64,000 nucleotides of DNA from Acanthaster planci (lineage: Eukaryota): assembly GCF_001949145.1 (NCBI RefSeq), contig NW_019091357.1, positions 3,744,228 through 3,808,227 on the forward strand. Direction: 5' to 3'. The translations under genes and the position numbers were made by a program. The notes under the pieces are model-generated. The model made no database searches, was not told where the DNA came from, and worked only from the letters and a program-made list of their open reading frames with translations. Of the stretch, positions 26,470-38,236 are shown one piece after another; position 1 is the stretch's first letter; every line of letters starts with the position of its first letter.

Positions 26470-29400
26470 ATGGACAGTGCAAACAGAACACAGTTTAAAT
26501 CAGCCCACCTGGGAACTGCAATAAGCCTGTACGACAGGCAATCGATTTCGGACACGGCCAAAGGGATTATTAAGGCAAATCCCTCAGCGAAGCGGGTACG
26601 TCTGTATATTTTCTGTTCGAAGTCACGTTGTAATTCTGCTGGCTCCAATGTTGATGTCCGACATATTGTATATTTTTGAGTTGGTGCGGAGATTTCCCGA
26701 TTAAGACCGGCTCAGGAGCATGAAGGCTGGTAATTCGGTCCACGCAATTATCAGTTATTATTAATTCATTCCTATTCATATATACCTGTTTGTAGAATTC
26801 AGCAAAATTTGCTGGAAATTTGTACGCAAAACTTGTCTTTTCGCAACTTTTTTGTGCATTTTTTCTCACTCATGTTCATGGGCTACTCCTAACCGACTTG
26901 TGTCTGCCTCGACTCAATTTAAAAAAGTATGAACCAGATCAGATACCAGACTACAGTTGTCACTGCCGTTGAAAAATCGAGGAAAAGGGTAATAAATGTA
27001 AACCCAGATTTCAAGTTATAAACTTTTGAAACGACAAAAGTCAAAATTTCTGTAATATACTTTCCAGCGTAGGCATTACAGTAAACAGTCTTATGATTCG
27101 CGTCAATTTCGCACAAAACTACGTACTAGTACTACGTACTACGTGTCTTCTCAGCTCTGCTACATTACGCTCATTTTTAGAACAAATAATTGGTAAATGC
27201 TGCCAAATTATTGCTTAGCGTCATCTGAAAGGGATTCTGGTGACAATTGTGATAATTGCAGGCCATTTTTACTACGACTTTGCCCGTGAATGTGCAGTTA
27301 GCAAAGACAGATTGGGCAGATACTGCCGTCAAGTTGACAGCCATATTGTTGAAGCTGTCAATGCCAGGCGGAGGCAGATCTGTACGCAGACCATGGCCTG
27401 TGTGTGACATTGGCGTGGTCGTTGTGTGAACGCAATTGTAAGGTGAATGGTCCTTGTTTAGGGCCACTATGTTGCAGTTGGTGTTTTATCGTCAAAGACC
27501 GGCCACATGACGGGCTCTCGACCAATAGGAATAGCTGATTGGTTAACATGATTGGTTTGTACATGAATCTCAAAAATAGTGATAGTACGGTACGGAAATC
27601 TTTGATCACTGTGCAAGGCTGTGACTGTGCTCGGTTAAAAGGGAGGACGCCATGCACAAAAACAATCATTACCACGTAGTATTTGAACTAGTTCTTTACA
27701 GTGACACATCCAGTGAGGGAGAAGAGCGGGTTCACTACACGGAGACGCCATTGCAATCACAAAACAGGCCCCCTAACCTTCCTTTACCTTTTTTCATCAA
27801 CAGAAACGTCACCCATAAGAATGGTGGTGGCACCATTTGTAAAATGGGGGGCCGGGTTCAACTCATTACAAACATTGCATTATGTCCTATTCCCAGCAAG
27901 AAATGAGACCGAGGGGTACCCCCCACATGTCCAATCCCTATACACATTCCAGACTATTCTTACTTAACATATCCCCCAAGATGTCTGAAAGGAATTCCCC
28001 AGATTCCTGCAAGACAATGACCAACACAAAGCAGGCGGGGTTCTCTCCGTCTCATACCTTGCTGCACATGATATGTCCAGGGGACCTTAAATTGCCCCTG
28101 CCCCGATATTGTATCCTTTGTAACATTATCTTTGATGGAACTGCGCGGGCATTTGCTCTTGATAAGTATGAAATTTGATGTCTTCGTTGACGGCAGAAGA
28201 TACCCATGACCGTTCGTTGTGTCTGTGCAGTGTTCATGCTCGTTGTAATTTCACATTTATTTCCATATTCAGTTTCGACATTAAATTAGGAAACTGGTTG
28301 ATTATTATTTTTTTTTTTAGTTTTTTGCATTTTCTATGTCTCCTAACGTAGGATTGCGATGACCCCTTTTACATCTGTGATCTTGGCGATGTTATTGCTA
28401 AAGACAGGAAATGGCGCGAGTTGCTACCAACAGTAGAGACATTTTATGGTAAAGCTTGTTTTGTTTTGTTTTTTTGGGTTTTTTTTGGGGGGGGTCAGTA
28501 AACCTTTTTTCTGTTGTCACTTTCTCAGCCGATCTATTCAAATCCTAGGCACCTTAATCTCTTTTAGTATGTTCAGAACCTGGATTCTCTATGTATTACA
28601 GTTCACCACCTTTATTTGCGCTACAGTAGAGGTTTTCTTACAGGCTAACCAAATGGGAATGTTATTTACTTGTAATTTAAGACTAACTTGTATTCCTTGT
28701 CAATTTCAGCTGTCAAGTGCAATTCCGACCCAATTATTTTGAGACTGTTAATAGGACTAGGAAGAGGTCTTGACTGCGCAAGTAAGGTACGAAATATAGA
28801 GTAATTGCCGCTAGGCAGGGGGTTTTCATCGAATTCTTTGGGTTTTTTTTGGGTTTTTTTTGTTTTGTTTTTTTTGTTTGGTGGGGGAAGGTAATTTCTA
28901 TCATGTTTTTTAAGAGAGAGATTCAGATGGTGCTGGATGCAGGTGCGAGCCCGGACCGCATCATCTACGCCCACCCGTGCAAGCAGGGGTCGCACCTCCG
29001 CTACGCCAAGGAGAATGGAGTCAAACTCATGACCTTTGACTCGGCTGATGAACTGCGGAAGATCTGCAACGTCTTCACAGAGGCAAAGTGAGTTGAATCC
29101 TATCTGGTTTTATCTCTTTTTTTGTGATCCGTATGACCAGAGGTTTCAATTCCTTACTGGAAGCTGTAGGTGTCCTCTTTTTATACCATCTGGTCAAAGA
29201 AAAGACACCACTGGTGACGTCAGTCGCACATGCGAGACCAGATAATGCCCAATTTTCTCGCATGGTTTATCTTTTAAAGATGTGCTCCAACAACTTTAAT
29301 GGCTGATAGGCATCTCATTTATGTCGAGTTGTATAGATTACCGACTGAGCTGTTTCCACAATCCACTCCATTCCTTCGCGTTTCAAGGCTTGTTCTGCGA

Positions 29401-32400
29401 ATGAAGTATGATGACCCAAGTGCAGTCATTAACCTGGGATCGAAGTTCGGCTGCCCGCTGGACGGCATCCCACGACTGATGGAAGCAGCAAAAACACTGG
29501 GAATGGATGTGGTCGGTATAAGGTGTGTGTGAAATGAAAGCCCACACGAAATTTATATAATGGGACACACTAAAGGAAGGACATTTTAACGTAATTGCCT
29601 CATTGTCTGCTATATACCATTATACATAGTTGTAACGCGTAAGTGGGCGTATTAATTCGCACGTACAAATTGGAACTCATAAACTGACATTGGAAGAATT
29701 TATACTTCGATGTCATTCATGTTGCGCGCAATAGGATGTTGTGATTTGCTAACTCACGTGCACGTCAAGTAGAAACGTCCGTGCGAACGGCGCATGATTG
29801 ATTACTTTATCTTGAATAAGTAGATTAGGCCTACCATCATAACAATCTCACTTATTAATCATCACAACACATGGCGGTCCAGCACAATTGTGACGTCACA
29901 GGAAAAAAGGTCTATAGATGTCTGAAAAGAATTCCTGCGATTCCGATCAAACAATGACCAACAGAAAGATGGGGGATGCTCTCCGTCCCGTATCTTGCTT
30001 CGTATGTACATAAAGCCGCAATAAGCACATCAAAAGGCACAGTTACCATGGAGAAAAAAAATCACTTACCTTAACAATGGAAATTTAAGTGCACAGGCAA
30101 CCGTTAGTACAACCCCACCAAATACCGCCATGAAATAATGCTTACGCTGAGCGAAATTTCTGCTGTTGCAAAAACGGCTTTTCTGTTATTTAAGCGTACA
30201 GCTTGCAAAAGTTAGTCTTTTAACGAATTAAGTGTACATAGATAAACTTAACTTATGAAATTATCCCTGAAAAACCGTCAAAATATTTATCTGAATCATA
30301 CATTGCCCATAGGAATGACGGCAAGTGAAGAGTGTTATGGAAGCTCGGACGGGGAAATTTAGAGACGAAGAGAACGAACGCAAGAGACGTAAACTCGCCT
30401 TCCAAAATCATTTAATAAATGATGACTACAGAAAATAAAACCATGTTGTGACGGAACCAAAGCTCCATACCAGAATGGACGGCATTAGAAGAATTCAGTC
30501 TTTTAAGGACACTTCTGTTATTACATATATTACATAAGAGTATAGGAGTACCACAACGAGCCGTGCACAATTTAAAATTTCGTGTGAGCCATTTTGATTT
30601 CCCCATGGTAATCAATGTAATTTTACCATAAAAAGGTATTGCCTAAAAGAAAACAACGTTCTGATTGATAATACATACATATTCAATTTCGCAGTTTCCA
30701 TGTTGGTACTGGATCGAAGGACCCAAAGGTGTTCGCTGGGGCCATCTCCTATGCCAAGACGCTGTTCAGAGTCGGTAAAGCCATAGGCTATGATATGACG
30801 CTGTTAGACATCGGGGGCGGTTTCCCAGGCAAAACAAGCTTCAGAGTTGGATTTCAGCAGGTGAAAAAAAGTAAAACTAGACAAAAACAATGAGTCTGTT
30901 CCTCTGAAATACCGGTATGGTCTACGCTTGCTCGCACCGGGTTGAATAATATTGTACAGATGTTAAGGAGAAACTCAGGACATTTCTTTTGCACATGTGT
31001 ATTTTTTACATAAATCTGCATACAGTTCGCAGAGGTTATCAGCGAATCACTCAAGGAGCATTTCCGGCAGGCTGCGGGGTGAGGGTGATCGCTGAGCCAG
31101 GGACTTTCTACGTCCAATCGGCGGTGCATCTTGTGGCTAACGTCATAGCCACGCGTAAAGCCGAAGCCCACGGTTCGGAAGACTCCAAGAATGGTAAAAG
31201 AGCGTCGTTTTCAGCGCCCTTATATGCAGCATCCAATGTGGATTAATGTGACATCTAGAAAAGTAAGGAGGAATGTCACACCCTCCCTCTTTTATAATGC
31301 GATGGGCCTATCTATACGTTGGGAAATATGTTTTCATACGCATGATGTGTCTTACACCCTCTACCTGCTTTTAATGGCTCTGTGAGTTACACAGTTCTGT
31401 GTCTTTGCGTCTTTTTGTGTTTTCGCTTAGGCCATTTCATAAATGACCCTTTATATTCCAGCGAAACTGTTATCATTATGTGCAAAGTATTTATTTAGTA
31501 CTTATACAGTTGAGTTTAATTTCGTCTTTGAATATAAGCGACTCGGACCGAGACAGACAGACAGCCCGGCAAACCGACAGACATACCAAGGAGCGGAATG
31601 GGTAAATTCAAAGGCATTTTCATAAAATTGATACAGCCATGGACTTTCCCCTTTCACAATTTGCAGTAAACGTTTTACTGCTTCAGGAATAATCAAAGAA
31701 AATGGAAAAACTCAACCGCAGTACATTAATGCCGGATTGTACAACTCATTCCACGACTTGTGCATTGATCCAGATTCCTTCGATCGACAACCGTTTCCAT
31801 TAAGGGTGAGTATGAAAAGGAGTTGTTGGAAAAACACCCTTTCAATTATATGAGATTCAAAATGGCGCTTGCAACATTTGTTCCTTTTGTATGGGCCCCT
31901 GCCTCCTGTGTCCCTGCTGATATCATTTTGTCAAGCAGAATGCGGTCAGTGTGGCCGAATGTCATACTTCAGTTTTTCATTTTGACAACAGGAGTTAGAA
32001 TTGGATGAGCCTTTTTACTCGTCATGCATCTGGGGCCCGACATGTGACCAACTGGACTGCGTGTACCGTGACTGCAAGCTTCCGCTGCTACGAGCTGGCG
32101 AGTTTATCATTTTCCGTGGTGAGTTCGAACGGGTCACTGGGTCAGGCTCTCTTGCCAGCCATATTGGAGGGAGAGAGGGGAGGAAGGGGGAGGGGGGAGC
32201 GAGGGTGGGGTAGTGGGTGGGTACATGAGTTTGTTTCTGCATTCAATTGGGGACCCTGAGTAATAGAGGACAATAGGGTCCCCGATTGACAACTATGTAC
32301 AAAGCATGTGGGTGGTCTTCTAAAAAAGATAAAGTACAAACAAAAGAGGAATAATAGGGGGTCCCCAGTTGCAGGCAAATACACATTTGGCTGTGTGGGT

Positions 32401-32950
32401 GGTGTTTTTTGTTGGTTTTTTTTTTTTTTTTTGGGGGGGTGGGTTTGAGGTGCTTAGCGCTAACCACGGAGATGTTCCCGAAATAGCCTCGTACTACGCA
32501 TGCGCTATTGGAATACCGAACTGGTTCATAGTTTGTGGCTCACCTGCTACCACTAGCAAAAATAATGACGACCTTTAATTCCCTGCTGCCACTGTTCGTC
32601 AACAAAAATTATAAATGGCAAAAATATACCACGAAATATAAAACATTTAACTCTTTTCTTTTGATAGTACGGTTTTGATCTTCATTTTAAAACAAACGCG
32701 GTTGAACTTTCTGTATTTAAATGAAGTGTAACTATAGCAATATAGTATATAGAAAAGTACATTTCAACTTACCACATCTTACATTGTATCTTCGAGTGCT
32801 GTAGTCTTAGCACTGGTTTGTACTTTTTCCATGACTTGTTGTGCATTTCTTTGAAAAGATATGGGAGCGTATGTGTCTACACTTAGCTGTGGCTTCAACG
32901 GCTATGGTACCCCGACGTACTACCACATTGCACCCATAGAATCCCTGTGA
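26470..32950 (+). CDS. ODC1: Ornithine decarboxylase/antizyme inhibitor-like protein, copy A (group IV PLP decarboxylase); 1-nt frameshift in coding exon 7, so a possible pseudogene or sequence error
   Basis: Exons 26470 (or in-frame ATG 26422)-26595, 28352-28448, 28710-28786, 28915-29087, 29388-29522, 30695-30860, 31026-31193, 31687-31805, 31992-32118 and 32859-32950, all GT-AG. Motifs [75 protein letters not shown]. Exon 7 is 168 nt where 3n+1 is needed, giving TGA at 31080-31082. The symbol is a family label. Confidence 0.88.
27180..27990 (-). mobile_element. Possible highly degraded Crypton-like (tyrosine recombinase, DUF3504-type) relic in ODC copy A intron 1
   Basis: Scattered minus-strand peptides QTSWG...NVYRDW, MSHTGH.LRT and VFANCTFTGKVVV resemble the N-terminal, catalytic TGH and C-terminal motifs of that family. 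No intact ORF. Confidence 0.25.
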
Positions 32951-34539
32951 GTAGACTGGAATAACGAAATAATGTCCCTTTAGCGAAAAAGTTGGAGATT
33001 TATCCAGGTGGGGGCACTTGCAAGTGTACATGCAGTGTGATTGTGTGCGTTCGTCTCCGGGTTACTTGGTTGTGGCTTGATACTACATTCATAGAATTCA
33101 TGTATAATTTTAAGCCGCAGGTGAGCCATTCAGGAAAATGTCCGTTGCACTGTACTGCCGGATGATTGGATCACATTGTGCAAACGAAAAAAGGTTACCT
33201 TTCTGCCATCTTGGAATAATCGGTCGATGCAAAAGTGAAGCCATGATCTGCTCTGGAGAATGTTCTGTATACCAACGGTTCAGACTCCAATCGTTCATGC
33301 ATTCGGGCGTATACTCGTGTAAGCACGAGTTGCACGTTTAGGTGTCGCCAGGTGTCAGATTTAAAAAAAGAAAATTCGTAATGAATCAGTCCTGTCATGG
33401 GGACATTTCAATTGACTTTTTTTATATTTCTTCCGATGTACAGACCTATTCTTCGAGAGATTTTCTGAGAGCAGTACGAGACCGAACCAAAGTGACAACG
33501 GACACGATGGAAATGGTGTTTGGAGCAAGAATTCATCCTTGTATATGGGCGTTATTAAGGGAGTATTGGTCTGATTCAAGATTTAGTTCATTTCAGGAGG
33601 GGAAATTCTACCTTTTCACGTCCAAAGTCAATGGAGGGGAAAGGTTAATGGCATAAACATGAGAAACAATAGCAACAACAAAATACCGAATATCCGTCGC
33701 ACGTCGAACACGGATTAAATTACACGGACGTTTGCATCATTATAATCAGAGCCCAACAGCAACAAAATTTATAACATGCATAAAATCTAAAAAAATCGCT
33801 GTCAATGGAGGACCATTTCTGTGATGAGATTGCCTAAAACATACATTTAAGTGGAGAAAAATATGCACAGTTTGAGAGAAACATATCACTATAAATATCC
33901 AATTCCTAAAATTATAAAAATAAATTTCAAATGGCCTAAATGATTGTATTGATGATGATTTTGATTGAATGATTGGTGTTTAAGTTGATGAAAAGCAAAC
34001 TAGTAATTCGTCGAGACGGAAATGCCTTTTGTGGTGTCCCGTCAGGTTTATTTTTCAAGCTTCGCATTACTTTAGTTAGGGGTATTTCTTGGTTTGGGTA
34101 GCGTAAAGGTCCTCTCATAACTTAATAAACGGGTCCTTAATTTCAGGAATCATCTAAATAGGCTATAGATGTTAGTTTTCACGCATTAAAAAGGTGTATT
34201 GAAGTGCTTAAATGCTTTTACTTCAAATGCATGTAATGGGTCCCTGAGGCGTGTTTCGAGAAAAGTTCATTGACTCACTTGAACACTCGTTTCGGAGTTA
34301 CATTTTTAATGTAATAAGCTAACAAAACTATATATTTTCGCGACAGGTATAGGCTGTGTTATGTGCCGAGAATTGCTTCATCTTCCGGTGAAAATGTTTA
34401 TTTCTTTTTCAAGCATAAAAACTATCTGTGTGTACTTGTAAGTTTTAATATGAGTATACGTGAAATCGCAAATGTACTATTTCATGTGTTTGTTTTAATT
34501 ATTGTGGGTTGTTATTTTTTTAACTTCTGATGCAACTAT

Positions 34540-36080
34540 CGTTGGAGGAATAGTTTTACTGCAAGGCTGCACAGCGTGGTGGTCAGTGTATTAAAGTAAA
34601 GATCTAATTTACTGATACATACTTGGGAGAATCCTTCCTTGGAAATTACTGCCATCTTAGAATCTTTAATCAAACAACTTGGAAGCAGGAGATGTCTCCA
34701 GATGGCTATTTGGAGACGTTTTAGCCGTACAGACACTTCACAGTTCAAGTCTTTAAAAGCCCAGCATAATGCGTATTCATCCATGGCAGTTTATTTATTT
34801 GAAGCAAGATGAAGAGATGTAACACAGTTTTACTATCAGCTTGACAAAAAGAAGACAAGTCTTTATCGCTTTTCGCAATTTTCAGCAAAGACGAATTTAC
34901 AGCAAATATTCTATGAGTTAGTCTTTATTGAAACCACCGCAGTTTTGTATCATGTTAAAAAAAAAGGTAGGCTACATAAATTCCACCATTCCCTGCGAGG
35001 AAGGCTACAAACTAACTTCGTTTCCCATCTATCTATAAACTTACGAACAACCCTCGTTGCAGCGGTAAGAATACGGTAGACACGAGTAGAGTCTTTTTCA
35101 TCCAACAAAAGTGAATTAACAGGAATAAAAGGAAGTAAAGCATATATTGCAGTTGACCTGCGACAGTTTACAACGAAAAGATTTTTTAACTGTATTAATG
35201 ACTCCACCATACTCCAAACACTGATAAAATCGCCTAAGCTTAAAACAATGGCCCTCAACAGGTCGCTTACCAAATTAACTCCTTTTTAGCCCGGTGTTTA
35301 TAAAATATACATTTATTGGTTATCGGTGTAAAACGCGCCTTGGGATTTTCGTAGAGGAATAAGAAAAAATGAGGGTGGCAGTCGAGATCGACAGGAAAGG
35401 TCAGGGAGAAGGTGAGTTAGAGAATTTTGGAAAGGTTGGGGTGAATACTGACTGCAACCAGGGTTCGGCTGAGTTCGCAAGTTCCTTGTGGTCATTTGAT
35501 GATGGCCGACTTTTACCAGCTTGGCAGAATTTTACAGTGCCGAAATTCTCCAGCCGAGGTTGTACCTTCTGTATAGCAGCACCCAACCTGTGACCACTTC
35601 AAGTTAGGACAGAGTCCGATAACCGTAAGTTATTTAAGAAACGAAGTAAGAGAAGTGAAACCACGTAAACTGAGATTTTAGACGTTTTTGAGAGACCGCA
35701 AAAAACATGAAATCAGAGAAGTAAAATTTGTAGAATTTCAAAAGTGAATCCAACTAAGCCTGGAGACTTGCCGTTTTTGGTACACTTCAAAACTTTCAAA
35801 ATTTCTTCATGAGTCAACGGCCCACTTATTTTGTCCCTGGTCAAATTTGAAAGAACAGGTGGGTTAACCTTTTAAAAACAGCGCGAAGATTTATGGTAGG
35901 CCTCTGTTCTGAATAAGAATAAAGTTTCTTGTAAAAAAAGCGGGCCTCTTTAATGATATCTCGTGAAGTCGTTAAATCAGTACCGTCACCTTTCATAATT
36001 CTACTTATAATCCTATTGTTACAATTACGCTTTACCAAATTTAAAAAATACTTCGATGCTTTCTTACCATATTCCACCGA
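34540..36080 (-). mobile_element. Degraded L1/Tx1-clade non-LTR retrotransposon ORF2 fragment with most of the RT core missing
   Basis: Minus-strand peptides EYGKKASKYFLNLVKRN, IIKEARFFYKKLYS, KNGKSPGLVGFTFEFYKF, and C-terminal HRIFAVN...LSSFC...TVLHLF (zinc-knuckle-like), broken by stops and frameshifts. Confidence 0.75.
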
Positions 36081-38236
36081 TATATTGTTCGTAAAATTAA
36101 TAATAATTAGCCGGAAATCGAACCCCGCAGAGGAGAAAGGCGAGGAAAGAACTATTTCGCCAACCCTACTCCCCACTTCGCCAACCCAATGTTTTGTATC
36201 TTATGACTTTGTTATTCTGATACAAATATGCATGATGGTGGTGTTTTTTTGTGTTAAGTAAAGAAAATCGTACGGTTTGTCTCTATGAAGTGGAAATTTT
36301 CCAGATGTCTGCTTCTTCTGCTAAGTCAGTACATTATAATGCGTTATATTGCTGGAGGAGATAATTTCCGCCACCTATAACTAATCAACATTGTACCCGA
36401 TTTGTGATAGTGCACCTCTTTTTGTTTTGGAGAACACTTAATTCATCCTTGACAAAGGCCTCTCCAAAGCTCAATCTACGGGGATAGTAGTTTTTAAGGC
36501 TGCTTTGGGCCAAGAAATCTCCGCCAGATGGCTGAATGCGCAAAAATCCCACTGCGTCTACAGAGCGGGACGTTGTTTTTTTTTTCAATAATGACCGGTG
36601 GCTGAATGTCTATACCCTGCCTCAAAAAAAGCTGCCTCATGTTTGTCGTGTTATGTGGAGACGCAACCGGAAGCAAGATCATATGTGTCGGCCGCAATTA
36701 AGCGCACGATACTCCTGAAGTTTATGTATGATATTTTAAATTGCTGGAAAGTTTCAAATATGCAGATTTGTCAGCTATGGATAAACTTACATAGAAATTA
36801 GGGTCCCATCTGTATCTGTATCAAATAATACACATACCTGGTTTAACCTCACAGGTTTTCTGGAATTTACTTAAATTGGTTGGTATGATGAAAATCCTCC
36901 ACAAACAAAACTTTAGTGCTCAGAAAAAGGGCCACGAAGTAAGGTTTATATTAAAATTGAAATGTAGATTTTTCCCAAATAACTTTGAATGCATATGTCT
37001 ATATGTCTGGATAGAAGAGTCAGGGAAAAATTACTTTCACTTTAATCTAAATTTTACATCTGAGAAACCGTCTTGTAAGTTGGTTTCTCAGTTATGAAAC
37101 CATGAAAAGTTATTTTTCTTATTTCACATTTTAGACAGAGATGTGTTACTAACACATAAAGACGGGTATAGTTCGGTTACTTGTGTTCGTCTATACCCTC
37201 TTGGGCGTAGACTTGCACTAGCTAATGACGTCATCACCAGTTCATATGTTTATGATGGCTGCGCATTTGTGGAATCACTCGCTGGTCTTGGTTTGCGGGT
37301 CAATGTCAACATTTTCTGTGGCGCACCCTTGAAAAACCTCGCGAAGAAGTGGTCTGAAAGAGAGCACAAAATGAAATCAGTGAAGTTTTTAACCAAACAT
37401 TTTGTCAAAGCCCAAGTTTATGGTGGCCCTGGATGGACATCGCCAATGGTCAATATTGACGTCGATATTTGCGACCGAATTCACGACTGGTCTCTCCGGT
37501 CGTAAATATTGCAGCGATTGTTTCCTGCAGTTCCTGGCGGGTATGAAGTGTTCACGCACATGTGCAATGACCTTTGATTTGAGTGTACGGGGTACATTCA
37601 AATATGTGTATACCCGTCGATTCGCTGCTTTCTTCACTTGGTAAATCTGAAGAAACGAATCCCTTTCGCTGTGGAATCTGCACTCTGCAAGTTGTCTTAC
37701 TACCCAGATACAACAACTGGATAACATTTCTTTTGGTATTACTTCAGGCTTTGACCAAGTTCATTGGTAAGCTATGTACGTACAATACATGTACATTGAA
37801 CAGCAGTACGTGTTTTCGAATGCAAAGGTTGTCTCCAAGAACACTAACGATGTAATTTATATCACTTCTAATGGAAGGGGGCCATACTAAGAAACGGCGG
37901 TCTCGCGCGCAAGGAAAATCACGATTATAAAGACGTTTTACAGAGCACTAAAAATCCCGCTTAGATTAGAGACTAATAGCATACAAGATTTAATTGGAGT
38001 TACTGAAGGAAAACCTGAACAGTGCCAGAAAAAAAGAGACAAAATGATCATCAAAGTTACACGTTTGTATAGCTTTTCAATGGCCTGCTCATACTCTTTG
38101 TCGCTAAGGCCATTTGTGCGCATGCGTGCATAATTAGGAATAAATTGGCGAAAGAGGTCTATGCTCATCAAGTTAATTAAGAAGTATCGTTGGGGTATGA
38201 AAAAAGAAATAGCCATCCTAATATGCTTTGCTCTAC

